Below, piece after piece: positions 27,344 to 40,598 of a DNA stretch of 64,000 bases; position 1 is the stretch's first letter, and every line of letters starts with the position of its first letter. The stretch comes from Podarcis erhardii (Eukaryota). The notes beneath the pieces were generated by a model. That model was given only the letters and a program-made list of their open reading frames with translations. It made no database searches and was not told where the DNA came from. The stretch lies in assembly GCA_964252035.1 (NCBI GenBank), contig OZ176209.1; one strand, 5' to 3'. The translations under genes were made by a program, and so were the position numbers.

Positions 27344-27585
27344 CAGTGGCACCTCAGGTTACATATGCTTCAGGTTACATGTGCTTCAGTTTACAGACTC
27401 CGCTAACCCAGAAATAGTGCTTCAGGTTAAGAACTTTGCTTCAGGATGAGAACAGAAATCGTGCTCCTGCGGCGCGGCGGCAGCAGGAGGCCCCATTAGC
27501 TAAAGTGGTGCTTCAGGTTAAGAACAGTTTCAGGTTAAGAACGGACCTCCGGAACGAATTAAGTTCGTAACCCGAGGTACCACTG
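27344..27585 (+). mobile_element. Tigger-like MITE family A, near-intact
   Basis: TA|cagtggcacctcaggtta...taacccgaggtaccactg|TA. CpGs retained. Confidence 0.93.
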
Positions 27586-27669
27586 TATGCAATATTCCAC
27601 ACCACAGATTTATGTAACATAATGTCAGTTTTGGTTGTTTTAATTTCAACAACTTCCCTCATTCAGCAT

Positions 27670-27840
27670 GCCTTTTACACCCCTGCTGCTCACTGAGTTT
27701 AGGATTTTGTTGAACCCCAAGACTTCTTTCTAGGTTAGTACATCCAGTTTATATACTTGTCCATGTATTTGTATACTCAGGACTTTTTGCCCCAAAGCGT
27801 ATCCCTTTCTCTTTACTTACATTGAACCTAATTGGCCGTT
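27670..27840 (-). mobile_element. CR1 RT remnant, host of the BovB insertion
   Basis: Minus strand reads IRFNVSKEKGIRFGAKSP...ERSLGV, matching CR1 MRFNVSKCKVMHIGAKNP...ERDLGV. Confidence 0.7.
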
Positions 27841-27853
27841 TCGTTACCTACTT

Positions 27854-27979
27854 GTTGTTGTTTAGTCGTTTAGTCGTGTCTGACTCTTCGTGACCCCATG
27901 GACCAGAGCACGCCAGGCACTCCTGTCTTCTACTGCCTCCCGCAGTTTGGTCAGGCTCATGTTTGTAGCTTCGAGAACA
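27854..27979 (-). mobile_element. 5'-truncated BovB (RTE) LINE 3' end with 13-bp TSD
   Basis: Minus strand reads VLEATNMSLTKLREAVEDRSAWRALVHGVTKSQTRLND, then a (CAA)n tail. TSD tcgttacctactt at 27841-27853 and 27980-27992. Confidence 0.92.
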
Positions 27980-28239
27980 TCGTTACCTACTTACTCTGAG
28001 GAAATCATTTTTGGAGCTTTTTGCAGTCCATTTTGGGTTTTTCTATTTCAAATGATTTGGTGTGTCATCCACCACAAACTTGCCACCTCATTAATCACCC
28101 GAGACTCCAGTATGCTCACCACTTAACAATTTCCAGATCCATCCAAATTCCCGTTGCCATACTTTATGACAACTAGTGAGTTACAGAAATATTCCTTTAT
28201 TATTTGATTGGTTAATTAACTGATTGCTAACGTATGGGG

Positions 28240-29361
28240 TTCTGTGAGGTTCCATTTTGTCCCCACACTGTTTAATAAATACATGAAACTGCTGGCTGAA
28301 CTCACCCAGAGAGTTGGAGTTCAGAGCCATCACTGTGCTAATGACACCAAACTCTGTTTTGAATTGTCCTCTTATCTTAGGGAAGAAGTAGAAAGGCTGA
28401 ACTGCTATTTGGTGGGTATGAAGGATTGGTTGGGTAGGGCAAGCTAAAATTTAATTCAGACAAATCAGAAGTAATGTTGATGGGTGGACTGTGTGACTCA
28501 GGTTTCGGTTTACAACCTGTTCTGGATGGGGTTGAAAAGATCAGGTTTGTAGCTTGGCTTTACTCCTTGAGTCCGTTTAACTGTAGGTGCTGGAGAGGCC
28601 AGACAAACATTTCTAGGGAGGGAATTCAGGAAAATCTGAATTCTAAATCTCACGGGAAGCTCACAAAAAATAATAATCAGAAAACAGGCCCCACTGTTGT
28701 TATCTCCCCCATCCACCCCAAAACTTATGGAGGCAATGGGAATGGTGAGCTGACCTGGTGCACTTATCTCTGATAATATCCCTCATCATGTGAGGAATGT
28801 AACACATAAGACTTTTGTGGCAGAGGACTATATAAGACTGCCCTATAGCTAAATTTAGAAAATTGTAACTAGTGTGAAAAGTTTCAATTGGGATGCTGAC
28901 TTGTGTTAGCCGCTTCAAATTTTATAACACCAGTGTGTGATCGGCACTGGCTGCCAGTTTGCTTCTGAGCTCAATTGAAGATATTGATTGGTGTTGACCT
29001 TTAAAGACCTTAAAAGCTCGGGACCTGCGACCATCAACTTCCATATGAGCCTTCCTGCACACTTGGATCATATTCTGATATTCCTGCTCTAGGTCTCTTG
29101 ACACTGTGAAGCGGAGAATAAAGTAGGGCCTTTTCTGCAGTGGCACCCACACTGTGGAATGTCTTTTCAAGCAAGCTGCATCAGACCTCTCACTACGTTA
29201 TTTTAAATGGCTGGTGGCGACATGCTTCTTTTAAAAGGCCTTCTTTCTGGTACAGTATTTTGTTTAATTCTGATGGCTTTTTTGTAATGTTTACTGTGGT
29301 CTTGTTTATCAAGCTATGGTTTTGATGTATAATTTGGTTGAATTGTTTCCATGACTACTTC

Positions 29362-29396
<35 letters not shown>

Positions 29397-29397
29397 A
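28240..29397 (+). mobile_element. Decayed L2 LINE (RT core 28240-28560; 3' part 28940-29397 ending in (GTT)n)
   Basis: PTLFNKYMKLLAE...HHCANDTKL (decayed YADD region), then HWLPVCF*AQ and RAFSAVAPTLWN motifs. Confidence 0.85.
29362..29396. repeat. (TTG)n microsatellite
   Basis: Direct reading. Confidence 0.95.
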
Positions 29398-29507
29398 CCA
29401 CTTCGGCTTTTCATTTGAAAAGCAGGCAAGATATAAGTTTGAAAAATAAATATTAGGACCAGCATATTTTCCCCCTCTGTTGTTGGTACTTAAACATTCT
29501 GTATTAG

Positions 29508-30087
29508 CATAGCTGTCAAGTGTCCCTTATTTGAAGGGACAGTCCCTTATTCCAGCGCCATGTCCCGCTGCTGTCCCTTATTGACGGATGTCCCTTAAAT
29601 GTCCCTTAAATGATGTCCTTTAAATTTCAAAGGAAGCAGCTCCTCTCCCTCCCTGCCGGCCAGGGAGGAGGGAGGCTCCAACTGTGTTGCTTGGCTGTGT
29701 TGCTCACCCAATAATAAGTCTAAGGATGACTGGGGGGTGGAGCTTGCATGCCTTGTGTGTGGCTAGTTAATGCAAGCTGAGGGGTTTTTTGAATTCTGGA
29801 CGCCATTTTGTTGCATGTGCTGCTGCAAACTTTGCAGTGCAAAGCCAGGCCAGAGAGCCATCTTTAGTTGAGGCTGCATAGGCCTTGTGGTGCATGTGAT
29901 TCAGATTCTATTCAGTTGAACCTCTGGTTACAAAGTTGGTTGGACAGTGTTCTCGAAGCTACCCAGCATGAGTTTGACCAGACTGCAGGAGGACAGGAAG
30001 ACTGGAGTGCCTGGAACAGGTGAGGCTGCAGGTCCCTTATTTTGGCTGCTGGTCCCTTATTTTCAAATCTGTAAGTTGACAGCTATG
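29508..30087. mobile_element. 580-bp non-autonomous hAT element containing a BovB fragment
   Basis: 12-bp TIR catagctgtcaa / ttgacagctatg, perfect 8-bp TSD tgtattag, subterminal GTCCCTTA repeats. Confidence 0.9.
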
Positions 30088-31220
30088 TGTATTAGAAGTC
30101 ATGTGTCAGGAAATCATGACTCCTGAAAGCAAAGGGTTAAGCTCTATGTGTACCAAGCGTGTTGTATAAATATCAAGCTGAATGGAATAGCGGGTGGCTA
30201 AGGTAAGCTTTGTTTGTTTAGCATGAACACTTAATTGAAGTAATCATTTTATATAAGTTGGTGTGAGGAAAGTTAAATGTACCTATAGGTTTAATTACTT
30301 GGTGTTTATTTTATTAGCCTGTAGGGACAAGAAAATAAGTGGAAAATATATATATTCACACCCATTCTATTGCAAAGATTCACAGCTAAGTTAGTAAATA
30401 AAATTTAAGGACAAAAAGAGATTACATTCCCAGTTCTTGATTCTTTATTTTACTCCAAAACTTTAGAAAGACAAATCCACCAAATAAATATAATCTAAGA
30501 AAAAAAATGTTTGTTATTTTGAGGAGCATTTAAGCAAGAGGTCTGTGTTGGCAGCTAAATTTATGAAAAGTTTACCATAGCACACACTGGCCTCATTTCG
30601 GCGTAACACTGAACCATGGAGTAGCAGTATGGCACAAGGCTGGCTGGCTCTTGGGATCATTTGCTCCCTGTTTAAAACCAACTATGGGCTTTTGTTATGT
30701 CTCTGAACAGACAGTGATTAGTTTTTAACGTGGCTTGTCTGAAGGAGATGGCTGCAAATGGCAGTTCACAATCCTGGCTTGTTCAGATAAACCATAGTGA
30801 AAAATAAGTGTGATTAGTTGAAAATGGAAGCAAATCCTTCCATTCTCTTCCTTACAGCCACATCTAGAAGAGAAGATGGGAGAGCAAATGCTAGAGCCCA
30901 TGGCTCACTCAGGCTAGTTTCCATAGTGCTAAACTTCCATGCACACACAGACCTAGCAGTTAAGCTCATGACCTTTTTCTAAACCAAAACACCACAGGGG
31001 TGGTTTTTTTTTGGGGGGGGGGAGAGGGGAGAAATGGAAGAAGGAAAGAAAAAAGACGGGAGAGAAAGAGTGTGGCAAAAATGAGTGGGCCACCTCTATT
31101 TCCGACCCCACCGGCTTTTGGCTTACTGGTGTTGTAGACACAACCAGCTGCAATTTCCATAGTGGCTGCAGCACACTGTGGAACAGCTGCACTGTGGAGG
31201 TGGTATCCATTCATGTAAAC

Positions 31221-31356
31221 CAGGCATAGGCAAACTTGGCCCTCCAGGTGTTTGGGGGACTACAATTCCCATCATCTCTGACCACTGGTCCTGTTAGCTA
31301 GGGATGATGGGAGTTGTAGTCCCAAAACATCTGGAGGCCGAGTTTGCCTAGGCCTG
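31221..31356. mobile_element. hAT-type 136-bp MITE, young
   Basis: TIR caggcataggcaaact / agtttgcctaggcctg. Perfect 8-bp TSD atgtaaac. Confidence 0.93.
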
Positions 31357-31699
31357 ATGTAAACAATGCCTTTATACAAGAGCTCAGCCATGTGTGCAGG
31401 AGCAGCCCAATATATTTCCTTGGTCATTGTAGACAAGCTACCATGACCCTTGAACAGACCCATGGTTTGCTTAAACTAAATATGGAATGATCCCCCCCCC
31501 ATGCTGTACATGGCAAGGTGTTATATTTTTGAAGGGTAAGCCTGTTTGGACAGATTCAATTGTCTGTGTTCTAGTAATGTCTAGGTTAGTTTACTGCAAT
31601 GTGTTGTAGTAACGGCTGACCGTTTGGAAACTACAGCTAGTGCAGAATTCTGAAGCCATATTACTGAGATCAAAAGGTCTGAACATACTGCAATAAATC

Positions 31700-32225
31700 T
31701 GGCCTGACTGCACCAGCTACCCAAAAGTTTCCAGGCTCAGTTCAGAGGGCTGGCTTTGGCCTATAAGGTCTTATGCCTCTCAAGACCCCAAACATCAAGG
31801 ATCATCTATTCTCACTTGAATCAGCTTGGACCCTGCAGTCTTAACTTTCTTCATGTACCTCATCCAAGGGAAGTACAGAGGGTAGCTGCATAAGAGCAGG
31901 CTGTTTAATTGGAGGCTCTTTGTCTGTTCTCTTCTTTCTGCAGGTAAACACAGGTGGTTCCATTGTTGTCAAATTTTGTTGTTGCTAAATTTTTTTTATT
32001 TACGTAGGCTTTTGGTGATTCCGGGAGTCTCTACTGTAGTGCTAGTCTTTTAATGGGGTGGGGTAGGACTTATTGTGTGGCCTGATTAGCATTTTTAGGA
32101 GTTTTGTACGTCATTTTAAATTTGACTTTAAATTGTTTTTGTTTGTTGGCATTTTTTTTTTGTTGGGTCACTTTGAGGCTATTTTTTTTGTAATGGCAGC
32201 TAACTAGTCAAGTAATAATAAATAA
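31700..32225 (+). mobile_element. Highly decayed L2 3' fragment
   Basis: ctgcaccagctacc...ccaggctcagttcagagggctggctttggcctataagg (LH.LP...RAQF....L.YKAL), followed by a T-rich 3' region. Confidence 0.55.
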
Positions 32226-33517
32226 AGCCATCCAAATTAGCAGCCATTCATATGCCTTTAGGTAGCAAATTCTATAGTTTTGTTTTGTGTGAAGTAGTTC
32301 CTTTTGTCTTTCGTTCTTCCTGCACAGTTTCAATGGAAATCTATACTGAATTATAGTTATGCTCAAACTTTTCAATTGGTATAATATTGTTCGTAATGCT
32401 CTGCAAATTTGTAGTACTAACTGCCTTGGTTCTATTGTACTTGTATTGCCTCTATTTATACAATATTTCCAAAGGACTATTTTAGAATTGCAATATATTT
32501 TTTAACCTTCAAAAGATTGCTTTGTTGCAATTTCTTAATAAGAGAATTAAAATGTTTAAAACCAACTTTTTGGATGTTTATCAGTATTATAGGTCTTTTC
32601 TGCAAGTTGATGGAAGAGAGGTTGAAAATTGGTTAAGCTGATGATATAGAAATATTACTAGGTAACTCTTCAAAGAACTTTAAGCACACACTAAAGTGGA
32701 ATGAGATATAATACAAGGTGGAAATGCAACTTAACACTCTCTCAAAACGCTGACACTTCTGATAGTGGCACATTGTCTTAAAGTTGCAATCTTGACATCT
32801 CCCTGACACTGGTGTTACTGCACATTCTCAGGTGAAAGCCGAGGGGCACATTTGAGTTGATACAATGAGGAAGCCTTGTTCCTTTATATAAAATAATAGT
32901 ACAATGCAGAACTAAAAATTGAAAGTCACTATGTAGGGTTTATATATTTAATTTGTATCTGAAGAATAAAATTTCCTTTTAAAAATATATATTTTAACAT
33001 TTTCTCTCATGGAAACCTTTATAAACCAATTGCCACAAGAAGTAGTGCTGACTTTAAAAAATGGTTAGATAGATAAAAGTCATAGCTCACATGGAAGGGA
33101 AGCAGAGTACAAAGGAATTTTGAAGATGCTCTCTTTTGCTCCCACCCCTGTTGCCATGCAGCTTATTCCCACTTCCTGTGTCTTCAGGGCAAATATGTAC
33201 AGAGGGGTTCCTGCTATACTCACCCAGGGTTCTAGATTGCAGGGGGAGCCTACACAAGGGCACCCCCAAAATGGTGATCTCAGGGGAAGGGCTGCCTCGA
33301 TTTGATGTATGTCATTTAACCTTCATTAACCCTGCTGAATAGTCAATAAGCAGTAGGTTGGTTGATTCAGGATACACAACCAATGGCCGCTAAAAACTTG
33401 CTGGCACCTGTAATCAATAAAACTGTGGCCTGTTCAAATCCCAAGTGGTTATCCTGTGTTGTTGCAACTTCACCATGCCTTGGCCTGATCATAATCAATG
33501 AAACAGAAGGGATAGAT

Positions 33518-33653
33518 CAGGCTTCCTCAACCTCGGCCCTCCAGATGTTTTGAGACTACCATTCCCAGCATCCCTGACCACTGGTCCTGCTAGCTAAGGA
33601 TCACGGGAGTTGTAGGCCAAAAACATCTGGCGGGCCAAGGTTGAGGAAGCCTG
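33518..33653. mobile_element. hAT-type 136-bp MITE
   Basis: TIR caggcttcctcaacct / ggttgaggaagcctg. TSD ggatagat / gggtagat. Confidence 0.92.
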
Positions 33654-36600
33654 GGGTAGATACTCAATGCTGAAGGCAACTGTTCAGTCCCTGTTTCATA
33701 ATTGCTACAGTTTCCAACCTAATTTTCAAAATCTGCAAGTGTTAAACTGGACAGAGCAGTCTTGGCACAACGGATTTTTACCGGGTCACACCACAGAAGT
33801 GTGTAATGTACTTAAAATAGTGATTTTGGAGAAAGTCACCTTGCACTTAATTGGTTCTAGAAGTGCAATAATAAAGCATTGTTTGGGAAACATTTACCAA
33901 GACTCCTGACAATACCTTTTTAGATTTAGATGAATTACTTTTAAAACAACCTCTTGCTCATAGTTAAGGAGACTAACAATCTTATTGGAATGGTAGCTTG
34001 CTTCACACAAACTAAAAGCCCTCTTGGCAGCAGAAACACTAGCATTCATCTTCTTGCCTTGGAATTGGTTGCTAAATTTTTCGCCAAACATTTTAGAGTT
34101 AACTCGGCATTGTTAATCTTATGCGATTTTCACAGTTTCTTGCATAGTACTCTTTACACTAGTTTTTTAAAACAAATTATTGTGACTTTATATCCTTTTA
34201 AAGAACATTTCTAGATCATTAACATAACTGCTATTAAATCACGTTTAATCTCCTTAGCTAATGATATTCTAGAGCATACTCTGAGAAAAGAAATTTTCAC
34301 TGTCAAGGCTGCTTCTATCATAACAGCATACAGGAACACTCCAGAAAGTAAATTATTTTAAAACATCTGTGTCTTTAAAAAGCCAGTGGTTCTGTGAAGC
34401 GTTGGACTACAGTTACCTCTGATCATTTAAGTTTGTTTCCATTGTTGTGCTACATGTTATATTGTGCAACTTTACAATTAAAGCACAACCTTCATTCCTA
34501 AACAAATTTCAGTAATTCCAGCTGATTTCAGGGATGCGACGGCATAGTTGCTAAATTGGACAGCTATCTGGTTGTGGTTCCTATGTTCAAAGTTATTAAA
34601 GACCTTTAAGAGGAATTTCACTGCAGCAATACAGCCTATTTATTTAATTGAACAGGCTCACAAAGATATAAATCTTCTTTATGAGGACTGCTTTTCTCCA
34701 ATGAGCTGAAAGGTCATTGTTTAGTGGATTTTTAAATCTATTGAAGTTATATGGCAGACAACTTTTTAGTTGCCTACTGTGATTTGTTGATATTTGCATT
34801 TGGTTATGCTTTTCTAAAAAAAATGTTAATTGGGTATGTTTTATCTATAGAAAAAAGATACATCTGTGTTTGTGTATCATCTAAGTATCTACATAAATTG
34901 CTAGTAAACAAAGCCTGCATCCTGAAAATATGTATGTTCCATGTAGTAGAGTGTTGGTTGTACTTGTGAAGTCTTTCCCAATTGTCAGATCCCTCTCTCT
35001 ATCCATCTCTGGGTGAGGCAGCCGCCCAGTCGGAGACAGAGATGTAAACAAGTTGCTTCCATCTTTAAGAGTTTGTCGTGTACTGCCTCAACTTACTTTT
35101 CTCTGTTGGAGTGAGTTTAAACTCACTGGCGTGTTCTAGCCGTAGCAGCAACCAGGAACTATTGAACGAAAGGACATTCTCTGTGTTCGCTAGCATTTTG
35201 GCTAGGATACATCTGTGTGTGTTTCTTGTTGTAAGCGTGTCAAAACTTGCAAAGAGGGTGTTCAGAAAAGAGCCAGAAACACTTGACGAATTCGACCTTT
35301 GCAAATTCCTATGTGAATTGACCTCACCTCTCTGACTAATGTATGGATCAGAATATATCTGTCCATTGAATTTGGCTCTTCTCAGAATGTTGTGTCGTAT
35401 GCGCCAATTCAGATAAATCAAAATGCAAAATATGTTCAAAACATATGAACCATAAACATGTTTGCCAGTCCCTCAGAAGGCAGGCAATCTCTGTTCTTGT
35501 TCCCTTCTTCGGAGGAGCATTTTAATGTTCTGTGCCCCACATAACTTCTTATTAAGATACTTAGCTGTGCCCACTTGGTTTTCTGCTTGCATTGCTACAT
35601 ACACAATTGTGTTTGAAATCACTTAGTTGATGAGATGGCCTACTACTTATTTTGGAGGGAGGTGGCCTACTAGTCAGCTAGATGCTCCCTAGATCTTTTG
35701 TGCTAAATATAAGTAAGCATATACAATTATTTTTAAGATATATGAACTTAAATACTTAAAAAATAATAATCTTTGCCACTATCTGTTGCTGCAGAGGGAG
35801 AAGATGACAAACCGTAACTGTAAAGAGAGCACAGCTTGAAAGAAGTGATCTTTTATCCGATTCATTTTCTGTGTGTAAATAGCATGTGAATATTACTCAA
35901 GCTGCTGCTTTATATAGGCCAGCTTTCCATCACCTTAATGCACTTTGTAGGAGGTGCATTTGTCTAATAACCTGTAATAGTGCTGGGTTTAATGTTTCTC
36001 AAGCCAACAACATGACCACTGTCAGAGGAAACTGAGCAGAACAAAAAAGTCTCTTCTTAAATGTGCATTACCATCATAGCTATCAATGCTAAATCTAAAT
36101 GATCTTAACAACAACAACAAAAACCAGAAACCCACAAAACCACCATGACTTCCTATGCTTTTTTTTTTTTTTGTTTTGTTTAATAACCCTCAGGGAAAAT
36201 GCTAGAGTGCATAAATTATGGGATGGCACAACCAGCTACCCATTCAGATTATTGTGATGTGATTTGTCCTGCAGCTGCTTCAAATTAAGAACAGGTGTAG
36301 AAGGCAGATTATGCAAATACCTATATTAATGTAATTGTCAAATTGGTGTGTTTATCACTGTGCTTTTAAAGAGTAGACCATACTCTTATTTTAAATGTAA
36401 ATTAGTTTTATTCTTGAGAGCCACTATTGGATAATGAGCTTATAAATGGGAGGGGGTGTCTTTAAACATCATGAAACTCTTCTGATTTTGACATTGACTT
36501 TTCTAGTGATTTGTTTCATAAATGCTGTATAAAAATATTATTTTGTCCCCTCTTGACATTTGATAAGCCTAGCTATGGAGTGTTTGTAAAATTTAGCTTA

Positions 36601-39600
36601 TCGGATCCACTTTTTCTTTGTTTTCCACTTGAGCTTGATTTTCTTTCAAGACTGAAGTTATTGTGGCAAAAATCCTGAAAGGAAACTTTTTATTTTGTTG
36701 ATTAATGTGACATTTTCAGAACACACTGTACGTGCCATTAAATGTGTTTTCCTCACACAACTCTTATTTCTGAGTAGATTTAAGCATTTGGAGAAGTGTA
36801 TCATTGACAGATACATGTATTGCATCCTAAAAAGATTTGGCGTATCAAAAAATGATAGTTTAGGTTTGCATCCGTTTTTTTACATCTCTTCGTTAAAGGT
36901 ATAAATATAGTGTAGTGAAACCCTTATATGTGAGTAAAGTTAATTAATCTACAAAATCTTTGCCCTCCAGCAATCGGAACTTGATGCAAACACTTCAAAC
37001 AGTTCTTCATAGAACAAACATCCAAACAATTTATTTTGAAATGCGTCATAAAACTGTAGCAGAAATTCTGTGTTGCTCAATACTGACTCGGTCACTTTCA
37101 CTTAGTTCATGATCCTAAACTCAGCTGTTCATGAACATAGGCAGTGTCATCTGAATTGCTGGCAAAATGCCACAGCTTGTGCTATTACAGTGCATGAACT
37201 TGAACCACTATGAGTGTTTACTTGCTTAAGTCCAGCATAAGGATACTTGCATCATGCTGCCACATGTAGAGAAGAGTTAAATTATATTGCTTAGTGTTTT
37301 CTTTTAGTTCTCACAACAGGAAAGGACAGACAAATTAATACAGCCAAACCAAAAGTAGTAAAGTTTACAAATTGTCTTTTCTAGTGATTTTAGTAAAGTG
37401 TCTGACATTATTGCTAGAGTTTTCACTTCCATCATATTATCCCCAAATTACAGGCAGATCTGTGGAAAGCCTTCTTGCTTCGATGGAATCTGATAAGCAT
37501 TCGTCTAGGAACTCTAGCATATTCACCAGTGTTCATTGCCTGGCTGTGAAAATGTTTAATTCTTGCAATATTTTTGGCACCAAATCAATTTATGTGATCC
37601 TGTAGAAACCCACAATAATATATAACTTATTGATACATTGCAACCATGAATGGAAACATAGCCACAAAAAAATGCTGGATGCCTTGACTTAAAGAACAAT
37701 TAGCAGTTGGGTGGGGGGCAGTGAAGAATTAACCTTCATAGGGAGCTAGCTGAACTTCAATTTAAGTAATTGAATTTCTGCAGAAATCTATTTCAGGGGA
37801 TGAGAATTATCCACTGGATTCTTCCAGTGCGCTTCACAAATTCCTTTGCCATGAAAGAAGTGGTTATGAAAGCATCCCAGACGCATGAAGTTGTATTGCT
37901 GTAAAAAGTTTGATACCTAGAACAAAACAATGATCAATCAAAATTATTTTCTCTTAAGAATAAATAGCATCCTCTGTGATTTTGAAATACCTTCTACATA
38001 AGTAAGTAGACTATCATTTTACCACAATTAGTCAGTCAACATCTATAGTATACTGTGCAAACATTCATCAGGTAAATGATTTGTATATTCATTCTTTGCA
38101 AAGATAGAGATTATTCCAACAGTAGCATTCCCCCACAATGAGTTGCCTTTCAATAATAAAAAAAAAAGGTTTCATCTTAGTGTTTATCCGCCAGCTCCTT
38201 CTGTCAGTAAAATATACTAGGTGTGGTTTGGCTGTCAGGATATAAATTTGCATGTAGCGGCAGTCAGCTTGCACAGCCATTCAATATGGATACATGCCAA
38301 GTTCAGTCAAGGTCTGTGGGTGAACTCATTGTTCCACTGAGATCAGTGGTAAAGTGTCTATTGACTTCAGTGCACTCAGGTTTTCTGTCTGCAATTATTC
38401 TTTCTCTGCAACCCATCCTGTTGATGGCTCTGATAACTTTGCATTTTGTATTTTGTCACTTGTGACATTTGCTGGGTTGACATTCAAGGAACGTTGAAGA
38501 GCCATTCCTGCAGCAGTGCGTGAGGGAAAGCACAGTGGCAGTGGCACCTTCCTGACCAGAGGAGGTGCTGCACTTCCCAGGATGGGATAAGTCCACCTCT
38601 GCCGCCAACCCAGGGCTCCCCCAATCTCACTGTCGCCTTGCCCCATCCTGGTAAATGCAGTTGTGCCATGAGGGTGCTATTGCCACTCTACCCCACACCC
38701 CACCTAGCACTGCTGCTGAGCCATTCTGTTCTTGAAAATTTTCTAGAAGTCTATCGTGTTTAAACATATTTGCAACCTTTCATTAGAGTTGCCACCAAAA
38801 TTTCGCCAAATCATAACTTGAAGTGAACATAGAGGCGTCTCTCCAGGCAAACAATACAAGGAGTTTCTAGGGGCACTACAAGAATTTTGAGAAGACCAGC
38901 AATATTTCTCAGTTTTGCACATGCATTGCTCTTTTGTTAGTTGTTTGTTTTTTAAAGCAAGGTCTATTCTTTTTTCACAGTCTTGATTTCAGAAACATGG
39001 GTTTAGAGATATAAAAAAGGGCTGCCTTGGAAATTATTTCTCCTAGAATAAAGCTATACACCCTGTCAATCCAGTTCAGTGTATTTCAACAACAACAACA
39101 ACTGGTGAAGCTTGTAAGCAAATTTTAAAGCATTAAATTGTGGGATTAATATGAAAACACACAAGCCATTAGTGACCTACCAAATTGTTAGGGGTTATGA
39201 TATACACAGGTCAATAAAGAATGAGTGAACGAGGAAATGAACTTTGTTTTGACCAAGTCCATAGCCACAGGGGACCTGTGCATGTTGTTCCTTCCCTACT
39301 AAGCAGTGAGTGCTTGTTTTAAATGTTATAAAAGTAAAAGACACTCTAATTTTAAATTCATATTAAATTAAAAATGAAAATATTAAATTAAATGATTGTG
39401 AATGTACTGGGCTATCTTTATTTAGGTTTTGATGGATTTACGTTGATTCACCCTGTTCTCATGGCAAAATCCGTACTATGGACCTGATTTCAACTTAGCT
39501 GTTTCAGTAGCGTGCACTGAATGTAGCCCGTCATCTGAGTCACCCCATAGCTATTGCCATCATAGTAAGCAAGGAAGAGTCAGGTGAGAAAGTACATGAG

Positions 39601-39920
39601 AGCAGCTTTTAAAAGGCTTGAACCCATTACAACATCATTCTGTTTCGGTCATAATTTCAAACCATCTAATCTTCAACAATGCCCTGGCAATTCCTCTTTA
39701 AGCATAGCTGATTCTTATCAGACTTTTTAAAAGATTTTATCAATCAAGGAAATAAGTCTGAAGGTCTGATTTATTGGTTTGTGTCCTATGGCAATCACTG
39801 GTGTTTAGACTTGCTATGAACCGCCCATATTCTGGGTTAGGTGCAGAATGCCCTCTGATAGATCCTTACTTGGCTGTGCATATTTATCTGAGTGATGTCT
39901 ATGAGGTGTGTGGGGCACAG

Positions 39921-40053
39921 NNNNNNNNNNNNNNNNNNNNNNNNNNNNNNNNNNNNNNNNNNNNNNNNNNNNNNNNNNNNNNNNNNNNNNNNNNNNNNNN
40001 NNNNNNNNNNNNNNNNNNNNNNNNNNNNNNNNNNNNNNNNNNNNNNNNNNNNN
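39921..40053. other. N run, 133 nt
   Basis: Direct reading. Confidence 0.99.
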
Positions 40054-40344
40054 TCTGTTGTTTCATCAGGGCCACTTTGGCCACTATGGTGATTCAGAAT
40101 TCTCACCTTTAAGACTTCAGTCTCATGATTGTTCTCCAAGCATAGGCACCAGCTCTAGGGGACCAAGGCACTGTGGGCCCCCGCAATTTTTTAAGGGGTC
40201 TACCCCCCCATTGTTAGAACCAGGAACGGAGCAATGTCAGAAAGCCATGTAACATCTTGTTTGGCCCCCTCAAGGTGCTTCAGAAGATGACGCCTTTATT
40301 TTCAAGTCTGCTACTAAAGACTTTTGCCACACCATCCTTTCAAC

Positions 40345-40598
40345 CACTATTGTTTGTGTATTATTTATGTATTTATTTTCAGTATTCCTGTTAACCAAAG
40401 ACCTCCCACCTAATATCAATCCTGTGAGGTAGGTTTGGCTGGGTGATAATAACTGGTTCTAAGGTATAGAAAGTGAGCCTGTGTGTGGTAATTACCCAGT
40501 AAGCTCCATGGCTTAGTGTAAATTTGAACTGGGCTGTGCCCTGCCCCATCCCCACCTTTCTAGCCCAGCATTGTAACAATCACACCACACTGCCTCTC
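40345..40598 (-). mobile_element. Squam3/MIR-like tRNA SINE
   Basis: Reverse complement gagaggcagtgtggtgtg...ttcaaat...gccatggagcttactgggt...aacctacctcacagg. Confidence 0.65.

Noticed and set aside
35065-35439. 124-aa antisense ORF as a protein-coding gene
   Set aside because: No recognisable homology. The region is kept only as a regulatory candidate.
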